A stretch of 64,000 nt of DNA from Azolla caroliniana (Eukaryota; Plantae; Polypodiophyta), in NCBI GenBank assembly GCA_043228905.1, contig JBHGNT010000017.1:13020001-13084000 (forward strand). The letters are read 5' to 3'. Positions 12,345-24,224 of the stretch are shown here, piece by piece; position 1 is the first letter of the stretch, and each line of letters opens with the position of its first letter. The notes beneath the pieces are model-generated. The model did not search any database. It had not been told where the DNA came from and saw only the letters and a list, made by a program, of their open reading frames with translations. The position numbers were made by a program, and so were the translations under genes.

Positions 12345-14089
12345 GCGCACTACCGATGGCTATATCCAATGCGTCTACGAAGACGTGAAAAGGTTACGAC
12401 CAAACTGGTGGTTGTACAACAGGGGCATGGGAGAGCATTAACTTCAAGGATTGGTAAGCCTCGTCTTCTATTGAAGTCCATTGAAATGGGAGTCTATGCA
12501 CAGCCACGTGCAATGGAGTCGCAAAATCGGCCAGGTGTCCTAACATCCGGCTATGCCATCTTATTTGGCCCAGGAATCGGATGAGGGCCTTCGCGGTAGA
12601 GGGCGTGGGAGCATTCAGAATGGCTTGCACTTTATCCGGGTCCATGGCGATACCTTCCTGACTGACTATGTGCCCGAGCAGGTTGCCACTTGTCACCAAG
12701 AACGCACATTTTGCCGGATTTAAGCTCAACAGAGCTTGTTGACATCGATCAAGATAGAGGCGTAACTAGGTCATATGCTCCAGCCACTGGCCATACACGG
12801 CAAAGTTGTCGAGGAAAACTTGCATGAACGCTAGGATATACTCGTTGAAAATCTCGGTGATGATGCGTTGGAATGTGGCCGATGCCATTTTTAATCCAAA
12901 CATCATTACCTCGACCACGAAGACACCCCATTCCGTGACAAACGTCATTTTCTCTTGATCGTCCGGGTGCATTCTGATTTTCTTATAGCCACTGAACCCA
13001 TCGAGAAAACTGTAGCATTCATGACCAACCACCGTGTTGAGGACACTATCCGTGAATGGGAGAGGAAACCCATCCGTGACTATCGCGGCATTGAGTTTGC
13101 GGTAATCAACGCAAACACTGATTTTCCTATTTTTCTTGGGGACGACGACGATTGGGCTTAACCATGTGGCTCTTTTTATTGGGCGTATAAAACCTACTCA
13201 GAGGAGCTTGTCGATTTCCTCTTTGACCTTAGTCACGTAGTTGGGGTTCATATGGTATCGTCGTTGTTGGATCGGCCGAGCGTCAAGCAGGAGGTGTATT
13301 TGGTGTTGGTAATATTGGTGATCCAATCCCTTCATATCAGTGTAAGACCATGTGAATACATCCTGATAATCCGTGAGCAGGCGTATGAGGGATGACCATT
13401 CGTCGGCTGGTAAGTTGTTAGCGATTTGTAGTGTACGCGAGTTCTCGTAGGAGTCGAGGTTGAGTGACTCGAGCGTTGATGCTTTGACTCGCTGGGAGAT
13501 GGCGAGTTCTCGTTCAAATGCGTCCCGAGCTTGTTGTAATTCCGTGATAGTTGTGGAATCTGGCTCGTCCTCGGGGAGTGAATCTGCCGTGACATCCTCG
13601 TCCGGTGGTGTGCCGAAGGCCGAGATGGCGTTTATTTCGAAGAGGGGTATGATAGTGGGATGATCTTCCAAGAAGTCATCCACCTCTTCGTCGGCTAACC
13701 CATCGAGCATGTGTACCCCTTCCGCGTATAAGGGTGTGGTGTTGTGGGGCGTGGTTAGGCGTTCTTTTGTTATTATCTATACCTTGGTCTTCCCTAGCGG
13801 AAAGAGATCATATTTCACTGCCAATGTTGCTTAATAATTGTTGTGCGCAGCCAAGGTCGTCCAAGCAGCATTGGGTAGGCTCCCGGGGCTTCGAGGCGTA
13901 ACACTACTACCGAGATAGTGAACATTTGTCCTCCTAACGTGAAGTCGAGGTGGCGGATTAACCCTATGGGACAAACTGGTCGTGTATCGGCCATCCAAAG
14001 CCAAAAGGGGTAAGGTTCCCATTGGTTTAGACCGAGTGTGTGACATGTGGCCTCACTGATGTCGTTCACGCCATAGCCACCATCGATTA

Positions 14090-14810
14090 TGTTAGGAAAC
14101 AAGTCCCTCCGGATGGGAAGTGAGAAGAACAGTCCGGATGAGCAAACTCGGCCGAGGCCGAAACCAGATGTTGACAACCCGGCTATGGAAGACCCGGTGA
14201 GAACCGGATGACAAGACCCCAGCAAGAGCCGGATGGTGAAGTCCCGGTGGGAACCGGATGTGGACTACTCGGCTACGGAAGATCCCAGTGAGAACCGGAT
14301 GACGAGTACCCGGCAAGATCCGGATGATGCAGGCCCGGTGAGGAGTGATCACCAGATGAAGGGACATATCCGTAAATATGTCTTCTGAGAGTCCATCGGG
14401 GCTATATTTGTAAATAGCCGAAAAGTCATATTAGTATAAATATGACTTAATAGGGCAAACTTATTATGTGTTGTTGTCATTCTTGTTTGTGCAAGATTAT
14501 AGCGCGTAACTGTGTACAGAGAGAGTTAGAGAGAGAGGAAGAGGTCGTTGCCTCTGTTGTAACTGCCGCCTGTGGCGAAGATAGCAAGCTCGAGGTCGTG
14601 GCCTCGGTGCTTTCTTATTGTACATTCTGATATAGTGATAGTTTGCGGTCTGTGGCTGCCGTGGTTTTTTCCCGAGTTTGGGTTTTCCACATTAACATCT
14701 TGTGTACTCTTCTCTTCTCTGTGTCGTGCATTTCAATCCCTGTTTTCTGTGTTTTATTCTAAGCTCGGTTGTGGCCGAGCATTGTTCATCTGAGCGAACA
14801 GTTCCTGTCA
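14090..14810 (+). mobile_element. Solo LTR of the same family, opposite orientation, inside Gypsy A protease
   Basis: tgttaggaaac...ttcctgtca flanked by a perfect TSD gatta (14085-89 / 14811-15); degenerate ccggatg repeats inside. Confidence 0.92.
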
Positions 14811-15145
14811 GATTATGCATCCATGAAGGTCGTGTCCCTTAATCATGATTTTCACGGCTGGATTCTAAGAATCCATGATGGGTGGGCCCGTCCCTGGCTC
14901 TGTCAGGTTAACAGGGGGTGCGGCCGATTTGGCGTTAGTTGTGAGCGTAGCCAAGGTATCCCGAAAGTGCAGCATGAGCGATAAAAGCTTACGCAATGGC
15001 AGCGAGATCCTAGAATTGGTAAGGGCTTCCCACAGATGGTCATCTTCTGCCGAGGTGGATGGTCCTGTGGGCTATGGTGCTCCGATGGCCACGTCCTGCA
15101 TTTCTGTGTGCATCCGCTCAACGTTGCTTTTGTTGGCGGTGTCAA

Positions 15146-16770
15146 TCCATTCCTTGGCTACTTGTCGGACGTCATCTTGTACTTGCCATTGGGTAGCCTG
15201 GGTTTTGCTGCGTGTAGTGACATGTTGAACGTCTGGCATAATACTATTCATGGCCGGGGCCTTGCCGCGGTCCGTGGTTGGGCATTGGGTGGCATAGTGG
15301 CTAGGTTGGTTACACTTAAAGCAGGTAACCGATGCCGAGTTGCTGGTGTCACCGTGATCAGTGAGTGGGAGAGGGTGTAAGAGGTTCCTGGTCTCTTGTG
15401 TAGGCGTGTTGGCCCGTGGCGCGTTATGGGGAAGAGAGTTGCGCGGTACGTTTTGAGGAGGGTCTCGATGACGATTGTCGTTATGCCGTTGATTGTCCCA
15501 TGAACCTCTGTGAGAGTTTCTTCTATCGTTGGGTGAATACCGCTAATCGTGCCATTCATCTTGGTCATCGTCATACCGGTCATACTCGTCATTTGCTCTA
15601 TATTGGTCATCACGGTATTGGTCACGGCGGTCATCCGATCTCCTACGGTTGTCGTGGCGGTAGCGGTCATCGTCGCGGCGGTAGTCGTCATCGCGGTGCT
15701 GATGATCCAGGGATCGTGGTCGCTCGTTATACCGATGTCGGTAGGACTGACGCTCGTCCTACCGTGAGTATGTATTTCGAGGCTCGATCTAGCGAACCGG
15801 AGCCGTCATTGTGCGGTTGAGCATGTTGTATTCACATTGTTCGATCGTGTGACATCGGGACTGACATATTGGACAATGTGGCCGGTGAGGGCACTCGAGA
15901 GCCAGATGGCCCGACCCCGAGCAGGCGGTGCATTGGAGGGCTTGTCGGAAACGATTGTCCTCTTGAGGAAGGGTGCTTTGCAAAGAGCCCATGGAGAAAG
16001 TCATGTTATGTTGTGTTCAATCGATGGCGAGGACGTGTGCGATGACTTGCTCGATTGTCTAATTAGAGAAATTGGTAAGTGCGAGAGTCGTCCGTAGAGG
16101 CTCTCGTAGGCTGGAAAGGAAGGTATCCGGAATGTGCTGTGCGGAGACATCGTCGGCCAATTGTCGATAGAGATCCTGAAATCGGATAGTGAACTAAGCG
16201 ACCGTCTCGTGAGGTTCTTGGCTCATGGAAAAGAACTATCGGAGTTGTTCGCACTTTGGAACTTCGCGGTGAAATAATTCTAGAAACTTTGTTCGGACGT
16301 CCTGGAACGTTATGACCTCCCCCACATCGAGGCGAGAATACCATCGAGCAGCTGGACCATCGAGGGATAGAGCAAATTCCGCGATTTTGGAGGACTCGAT
16401 TTAGGCAACCGATAACCGTTGCGTCGAGTGGTTGGCCTACCATGAGGACATGAAAGCACAGATGTGCGATTCCGCGTCTGGGCCATCTGTATATCGTGGG
16501 TAAGGGTAAGGCATGGCATCGAGATCCGGGTCTTTAGGTAAAGCCAGGAAAGGGTTAGGGTCAAGTTGGGTGACCTCTGGAGGGCTTGGCGGGAAGATCG
16601 GTGCGGAATCAACTCGCGACTAGGTATCGGGTGGTGAGGATTGCAACCGGTGGGCTTCCAATAGTTCCTGGAAAGATTGGTCAGTGAACGCCGAGTCAGA
16701 TTTTCCTTCGACTAGCTCAGGGCATCGGGCAGGTGGCCGAGACCGCGTGATGCGATTGGGCGCCGTAATG
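15146..16770 (-). pseudogene. Gypsy A gag, decayed, with several zinc knuckles
   Basis: CTACSGSGHLALEC-PHRPH-CPICQSRCHTIEQC (15789-16004) and a further CFKC..H..C near 15280-15330; boundaries approximate. Confidence 0.75.
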
Positions 16771-16819
16771 GCAGCTGAGGTTTGCCTTCTACGTAGTTCG
16801 TTGTGACCTTATAGCTGTA

Positions 16820-16832
16820 ACCGAGCGTGCCA
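16820..16832 (-). promoter_or_regulatory. 5' PBS of Gypsy A (tRNA-Arg type)
   Basis: Minus strand: LTR end GTTAACA, 5-nt spacer CAATT, then TGGCACGCTCGGT. Confidence 0.8.
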
Positions 16833-16837
16833 AATTG

Positions 16838-17333
16838 TGTTAACCGTTTCTGGAGAAAACACCTTCGATGAGCCCAAAAGCTATCGGTATCAAGGGGTCG
16901 TGTTACGTGAAGGCTTCTTCTACATCAAGAAGACGTTAGGGGAACGGGGAGCGTACACGGGCTACAACCCGGTAGACGTAGACGTAGCTAGGATTACGAG
17001 TACGGGAAGAACACACAGATGAAGGAACAGTAATAGCGAGACTTATATTAAATGAGAAAGCTCACAATGAATACAGTACACGGCTCTTGGCTGGAACAGT
17101 TTTGTGCAGAACTAAGTGCTACTATATTAATCCTGCTAATAATCTAGGTATCTCCCTCTCTCGAGGTATGCAGGTCTTGGTTTATATAGTTTTCTTCTTT
17201 ACACAGAGCCGAGCCATCGGCTGATTGTGAGGGCTCAAAACTCGACTATTTTAGTTCTACCTATTTCCTCACCTACTTTTCTACCTACCGACGAGTTTAC
17301 ATATTTTGTATTTATATTTCTGGCCTATGGACA
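16838..17333 (-). repeat. 5' LTR of Gypsy A
   Basis: TG..CA ends; matches 1-398. The inner boundary is inferred from the GTTAACA end shared with the Gypsy F LTR. Confidence 0.9.
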
Positions 17334-17909
17334 ACAAACCTATTGATGATGCCACATGGGAACGCGAGCATACTCTTAAGGCACAATTTCCTCACTTTAT
17401 ATTGCAAGAGTGCAATCTTTTGAAGTAGGGGAGTATGTTATGTACACATAACGTTGGTGAGGGTAGGTCACTAATATTTACATTAGTGAAGGGTATGTTC
17501 ACTAATGTTAAAAAAGGGGACTAATGATTGGATAGAAGGAATGATAGGTGCATGCACTATCATGATTTGGACAACCAATGCATGGAGAGCCTTTTAGAAA
17601 GGCACATCTATTCAAGGGTCCTAGGAAAAGGTATAAATATGAGGCTTAGCTACCCTCATAAGGACATTGCGTCAAAAGGTTGTTGTCTTAGACACCGGTG
17701 GTGCGGGCTAGGCTTTCGTCTCGACGATCGTGTTTATCTCTTCCAAGGTATTAGTCATCCTAATATCCAGAGGTATGGAACATCGGTGGTAGGTTGGCTA
17801 TTTCTAGATCATAGCTCGGGGGTGGTCGAGTGGAATGGGTTCTTCTATCCAATCTATTTTCCTTCTTTTACTTTACTTTGGTCTATTGATTAGTAATAGA
17901 CTCTTAACA
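17334..17909 (+). mobile_element. 3' end of a chromoviral Gypsy (chromodomain tail, PPT, 3' LTR 17436-17909); host of Gypsy A
   Basis: KPIDDATWEREHTLKAQFPHFILQE chromodomain-type C-terminus; PPT gaagtaggggagta; LTR tgtta...taaca. Confidence 0.82.
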
Positions 17910-20900
17910 CGAATCCTGCCAACTAGGGAAGCAACACCGACTTCCATTCCCCAATAAGTGTAATTGTAGTCGAAGTCCATTGGATTTGATCCATTCGGAT
18001 GTGTGGGAACCGGCACACAACGTGAGTCTCGGTGGAAGCCGTTACTTCATAACCTTCATCGATGACTTCACTCGGCATACTTGGGCATGCTTGATCGCGA
18101 AAAAGAGTGAAGTTTTCACGTGGTTCCTGAAGGTGAAGAGCCTTCCGAAAAGGGAAACTGGACGAAAGATCAAGTGCCTACGGTCCAATGGCGGGAAGGG
18201 GTACTTCTCCGACTAGTTCATGAGTTATCTACAAAAGGAGGGAATTCGACGTGAATTCTCATGTAGATATACGCCAAAGCAGAACGGCGTAGCCGAACGG
18301 AAGAATCGGACGATCGAAGATGCCGCCAGGGCAATGCTTGAAGAGAAGCATATGCCGAAGTTTTACTAGGGTGAAGCCGTAAAGACGGATGTTTACTTGT
18401 AGAATCGGACCTCTGCTAATGGAGGAGTGTCGCCACATGAGTTGTATTATGACAAGAAGCCGAACTTGGCACACTTGAGGATTTTCGGCAGCATTGCGTA
18501 TGTGCATGTACCAAAGGAGAAACGGAGGAAGCTAGATGCCAAAGCCGAAAAGTGCATATTAGTCGGCTATTCAAACGAATAAAAGGGGTATAAGTGCTAT
18601 AACCCCCGAACGAAGGGAGTTCGTGTAAGCCGAGATGTCGCGTTTGACAAGTCCACTTCGTGGTACTTGCCTTCGCCTCCAATCCCTGATGACTCCATTC
18701 TGAATTCTAAAGAAGAGGTCAACGAGGCCAAGCTGCCTCCGCGTGCTGAGGAAATCGGAGCTCTAATAGAGAGTCTGATCTCATTTTGGCTAACCGGGCC
18801 GAACGAGGGGTTGAGCCAAGATGGCCAACCAAATGAAGAACCGGTGAGTAGTGGAGATTCAGTCGTGTTGTCCCTGTGTAAAGTACCGAGGAGACAGTTT
18901 ACGAATAAAGAAAAAGGGAAGAAGAAAATGTTGGAATACGATTTCGACAGTGCCGAGTCAAACCGAAGCGAGTCCGATTTCGGACCAATCGAAAAGGAAT
19001 CTCCATGGAAGAAGTCGAAATCAGCCGAAAAGGCCATGAAATCGGGTAATCACGAATTACGCCGATCTACCCACCTGAAGAACCCCATAAAGAGGTACGG
19101 GTACAATGAATACATGATGCACCATTACGCGTACATGACAAGAGTGGCTGAAGTGCGTGAGCCGAAGAGCTACGCAGAAGCGGCGAAAGACGCAAATTGG
19201 CGTGTCGCAATGGAGGAAGAGATACACACATTAACGGACAATGAGACTTGGGACCTAGTTGACGCATCGAAGGGTGTAAAGCCGATCAGATGTAGATGGG
19301 TGTTTAAGGTGAAATACAACATCGACGGCTCGGTCAACCGATATAAAGCCCGTTTGGTTGCGAAAGGCTACGCACAGAAGCACGATGTAGATTACGATGA
19401 GACATTCGCTCCAATTGCGAAGATGACTACCGTGCGAGTTCTGCTAGCCGTAGCGGCGACAAACGGGTGGCATCTACATCAAATGGATGTAAAGAATGTG
19501 TTCCTGCAAGGTGATCTTGAGGAACAAGTGTACATGATACAACCCCCTGGATTTCTATCCGAACAAAACACTTCGGCAGTCTGCCGATTGAAGAAGGCAT
19601 TATACGGACTTAAGCAAGCCCCGCGAGCTTGGAATGCCAAGATTACGCAATGGTTGCGTAGAATGGGGTTTACGACATCAAAGTCGGACTCCTCGTTGTT
19701 CGTTCGGCAAGGTCGACATGGACCGGTTTGTCTTTTACTTTATGTTGATGATTTAGTCATCGTCGATGCCGACCTGGAAGAAATCGGCCGCATAAAGTCT
19801 CAGCTTGCGGCATCGTTCGAAATGAAGGATCTTGGTGACCTTCATTACTTCCTCGAGATCGAAGTGATCCGTTCCCCATAAGGCATATTGATCAGTTAGC
19901 GTCATTACACGCTAAATATGCTCTTGAAGTTTGGGATGGCAGATTGTAAGCACATCTCGACCCCTCTGGATAGAAACGTAAAGCTTCGCCGAGATTTGGG
20001 AAAGGTGTGCGACCCGACACGGTTTCGATAGATTATTAGAAGCCTCATCTACTTGACGATCACTCGACCGAACCTTAGCTGTCTGGTATGAATGATTAGT
20101 CAATTTATGTCACAACCCACGACCGAACACCTTCAGTGCGCACAAAGGATATTACGATATGTCAACGACACAAAAGACATGGCGTTGTTGTATCGTGTAG
20201 ACGTAGCCAAGCAGTTAGTCGGCTACACGGATGTCGATTGTGCCGGAAATGCTCACGATCGTAGATCCACATCCGGATACGCATTCTCATTGGGAAGTGT
20301 GGCAATCGCGTGGAGCAGTAAGAAGTAGCCGATAGTAGCACTGTCGAGCACTGAGGCCGAATATCGAGGAGCGAATGTCGCTACGTGCGAAGTCATTTGG
20401 CTAAAACGGCTATTACGGGATCTACACGTAGAGGTGTCTGATCCAACGACGATCTACTAGGACAATCTTAGCAACATCCACCTTGCGAAAAACCCGGTAT
20501 TCCACGTTCGGACTAAGCACATTGAGGTGCACTACAATTTTGTCCGCGAGCGTGTCCTTTCTAGTGAAGTCGAATTGGCGTATGTTCCGACGGGTTGGCA
20601 AATTGCCGACATCTTCACCAAGCCCCTTGGTTTCGACAAGTTACGACATTTCTAGATTGAGCTGGGTTTGCGTCACCCCGACACATCGAACTTGAGGGGG
20701 AGACAAGAACAGGAACAGGAGCGTGAAAGGAGCGGTGGTAACCGCGATGCCGAATCAGATGAATAATTCGATTTCGGGCCGGCTGAAGATGCCGAAGAAA
20801 AGAACAGGGGTCGTAATCGCAAGGAAGAGCCGAAGACAACCTAACAAAGGGGAAACAAACCCAAGAAAGGCGTAAAGGCCAAGACTAAGACATGGTCGGA

Positions 20901-21529
20901 TGAAGTTAAGGGTCTGAAGACAGAAGACGAATTGGAGACAACCAATTCGAGTGAAAGCGGGAATGAATCGGAAATATTTGATTCAATCATAATATCTTAT
21001 TCGGATACGCCAAATCAACTAAGGGCCAAGCAGAGAAAAGAGCAGCGAAATAGGCGTCAACACTGCAACAACAAGGGAGCTGAGAAAGGCCACATTAGCA
21101 GACAAGCCAACCAAAAGGGTCGAGGTGCGCGGAATCGGGACGGGTTGAGGAGCACGAGCGAGGTGTGACGCCAAGAGAAGCCGGAGTGAAGATCCGGAAA
21201 AGTATATGGAACCTCAAGTTGAGCTTGAGGGGGAGTGTTGAGAGACAAGCTCAACATTGGGTGCGTGACCTAGTATGTAGACTGGGTGCGAAAACCGTAC
21301 ACAAAATATGGCCGTAGTGGTGTTTAAACCGGAAGGCCATTAGAATGTTATTCCTCGTAAGGAATAGTTTTGGGAGTTAGTGTAGAAGGCTCATTTATGA
21401 GTGGTCAAGTACTGTCAGTACTTGTGTCAACCCGATAGTCAGGGCTTGTATAAAAGGTGCTCACTGAGCACCAAGTATGTACAGAGAACATACAGAGAAT
21501 TATTTTTTAATATAGTTTTGTATATTTTG

Positions 21530-21566
<37 letters not shown>

Positions 21567-21669
21567 CCTCTCTTTCTCTGTGATTTCTATGTTTTACAGA
21601 ACTGTTATACTTCTGAACCATGTACTCTGTGCTCTTACACATACACTCCCGCACACGTATTCTTTTGTA
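17910..21669 (+). mobile_element. Copia D: 3' part of a decayed Copia related to Copia B (INT-RT-RH, 3' LTR ~21236-21669)
   Basis: CQLGKQHRLPF, DLIHSDVW, 18667-19881 RT, ADIFTKPL; PPT gagggggag followed by tgttgagagacaagctcaaca, the same LTR start as Copia B. Confidence 0.9.
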
Positions 21670-22470
21670 GAACATCAGTTACAAATGCCAAGAACAAGGT
21701 TGAAGCCCACACACGCCTCAGTCGTAGCAAAACCATTTGCAAGGGATTCATATAATGTGTCTCTAGCAAATACTGCAACACCAATGGAAATCAACACCGC
21801 ACGTTGTCGTGGACCATTATCGGAAGAGGAAAAGCAACAATGTCAAGCAAATCGACTATGTCTTTATTGCGGTGGACCAGGGCATACTGTACTGAACTGT
21901 CCCCATAGGCCAAGAAGACAAGTAAATCAAATAGTTGCTAGTACTAAACCCGAGTCTATTTCATTAGGAGTGTCTAATAATCCTAATAACCCAAGCCTAT
22001 CAAACAAATTTGAAGTCCTTAGTCAACTAGAAGAAGAGTTAAATGACTAAGTCCAGCCAAAATAGGAGTTGTTTGGTTGGACAGGCTTAGATTTGTGCAA
22101 CCCATTAGTGGTTCCATTCCCTCTAAGCAAGTTAGCAATGTCTTCCTAGCTCAAGTAACAATTAGTACTAAAAGTAACCCTCTAGTACATTTCTTAGCAC
22201 TCTTCGATTCTGGAACCAATTCTTGCTTCATGTATAAGAATTTTACCCAAGTTCATCATATCTCCAGAAGAAAACTCCCTTGCCCAGCTTTTGTAGTAGT
22301 CATTGATGGTCCCCCCATTGCATGAGGAAGGACGCAAGGAATCAATGTTTGTATTCACAATATCAATGAAACCTTGTAACACCACTAAGGAGGAGTCAAC
22401 AATTCAACTTCCAAAGAAGTATTATAATTATGTCGATGTTAGTACTCTTCCTCACCATCGACCATATGAT
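21670..22470 (+). mobile_element. Tcn1/sushi-type Gypsy gag-protease relic
   Basis: TPMEI...RGPLSEEEKQQCQANRLCLYCGGPGHTVLNCP gag knuckle; ALFDSGTNSCFM protease; LPHHRPYD pre-RT motif. Confidence 0.75.
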
Positions 22471-23013
22471 ATAATGAAATAATAAATGAAAATAATATTT
22501 TTTGTATTACAATGCATGGCTTAATGGTATGGCTTCTACCCATGTAACACAAGGTCAAGTTCTTTTGAAGTCATACTATGCCATATCATGAGATTCAATA
22601 TAAAAGTTTTACAGGTAATGATGATGTTATTTTCAAGAAGCATATGCATTTTAAAAGGTTATGGGATTCAATGCTCATTTTTAGGGAAGATGGAGTCACA
22701 TAACATGGATGCATATTGTTCCCGTCATTTTGGTAAACAATGTGTGCTAATTTTGTTTATGGCTTTTGTTGCTACAATTGTTGGTGATATAGGCTACATT
22801 TGATGTTCATTTGTAGTTTGGCAGGAGTAGACCACAATAATCTTGGAGATATGGTATACAAAGATGTGTGGATTTTGTATATCCACATCAAATCCGCCAT
22901 GATGTGAGTACAAGGGAATCAGTTGGTTTATTCGTTTATCCAACACAACATTAGTACTTGTGATTTTATAATACCAAGGCGTATCTTTCTGTAGAAAAAA
23001 AATACATATATTC

Positions 23014-23919
23014 ATTATAAAATTGGCAATTCTAAAACGTAGAATACTTGAGAGTATTTGACAACTATTCTAAACATGTATGTACCCCAGCCTACTTGCC
23101 ACCCTCATACTAGCTATGTAAAGCTTAATAATGGTACTAAGTTGTCTTCTGAATTGAATTTGTTAAAGTAACTTAGGGTTTATTTTGGTATGAGCTTAGA
23201 GGAGATCATATTTTATGCAACATAATAGGAGGTTGTAAAGGATCAACAAGGCATACATGCCCCTTGATCTCACGTCCCATTCAATTATATTCTTCCATGT
23301 CACTCATCCTCAATCTAAGCTTAATACAATTGTAAGAATGTATAACCACATTATATCTACATGTTTCTTATTAAGTGCAAGGCGTGTGACAGTGTTTATG
23401 AGTTATGCATAATTTGGTGTGATGTTGTGTCATTTCGATTAACCATGTTAATGCACCTATGACTGACTACGCCACGAACTTATGGGGGGCATTACCAAAC
23501 TTCCTAATCCTACTATTGAATATTCCAACTATTGATGAAACCTCTAGAGAAAAAGCCTAGAGTAGATGAAGCCTTCCAACAAAGCCTACCCATGAAGGTA
23601 TCAACAAAGGTTACCTACCAATGAAATAGCCTGTGGGGGTTCTTACTAGTTATAACTCTACTGATGCAAGGGCATACGAGGGTTCTTACCATTGAAGGGT
23701 GCCGATTAAATTTCCTACATACAAAGATCTCTATCTATGATGATACCTACAAGGTTAACACACATCTCGAGCTCGATAGACCATCTTTACTAGCTTAAGA
23801 CCCTTGGGGTCTTTCTCACCTATCACACATATAGTCGTTAAAAAATGTGCATTCGATGTTTAGGATATGTTTTAGAATACTATAAAGTATTCTACGTTTT
23901 AGAACTATCATTTTATAAT
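23014..23919. repeat. AT-rich foldback/MITE-like relic with ~45-bp inverted arms
   Basis: attataaaattggcaattctaaaacgtagaatacttgagagtatt (23014-) is an imperfect reverse complement of aatactataaagtattctacgttttagaactatcattttataat (-23919). Confidence 0.5.
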
Positions 23920-24224
23920 ATTTCACGTATTCCAAGTATTCAATGTGTTCTACTTATTTAACATTTCAAAAAAGTTAACAAAAGAATTATTATTTATTAT
24001 TTATTATTTTTGCTTTTAAATAACTATTAAATTTTAAGTGTTTAATGTATTTACACATATTTAAAGTATTCTAAATGCATTTAACGTACTTTATATGTAG
24101 AAAATGAAGCATTTAAAAAATAAAGGTAGAATAATTCTAGAATGCTTATCATACATATTCTACGCGTATTGTATGCTAAGTATTTTATAACAATGATCAC
24201 ACACACACATGCAGGCTACCATGA

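Larger units (their letters stand above)
9813..15145 (-). pseudogene. Gypsy A pol (PR-RT-RNase H-INT), interrupted by two solo LTRs and many stops
   Basis: PR IIDGGYGVN (split at 14090-14810), RT 12394-13710, RH ..GSAL|MQHTPPNWYRPVYYASRQL (split at 11569-12344), INT 9813-10946 with HHCC and DDE motifs. Confidence 0.92.
1..17333 (-). mobile_element. Gypsy A: non-chromoviral (Athila/Tat-like) Ty3/Gypsy LTR retrotransposon, decayed, with an extra 3' ORF; its 3' LTR runs off the window start
   Basis: LTR pair 1-398 / 16838-17333 (~22 differences in 398 nt by eye). Minus-strand order is gag-PR-RT-RH-INT. Motifs: YSFLDGFSGY, QVFLDNF, YYASRQL...NYSTTERE, PFQKWGLDFVGP, PGKLRFRWTGPF...VNGFRLRPY. Confidence 0.93.

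Noticed and set aside
23418-23827. Possible solo LTR (tgtgat...atcaca)
   Set aside because: No matching TSD and no second copy in the window.
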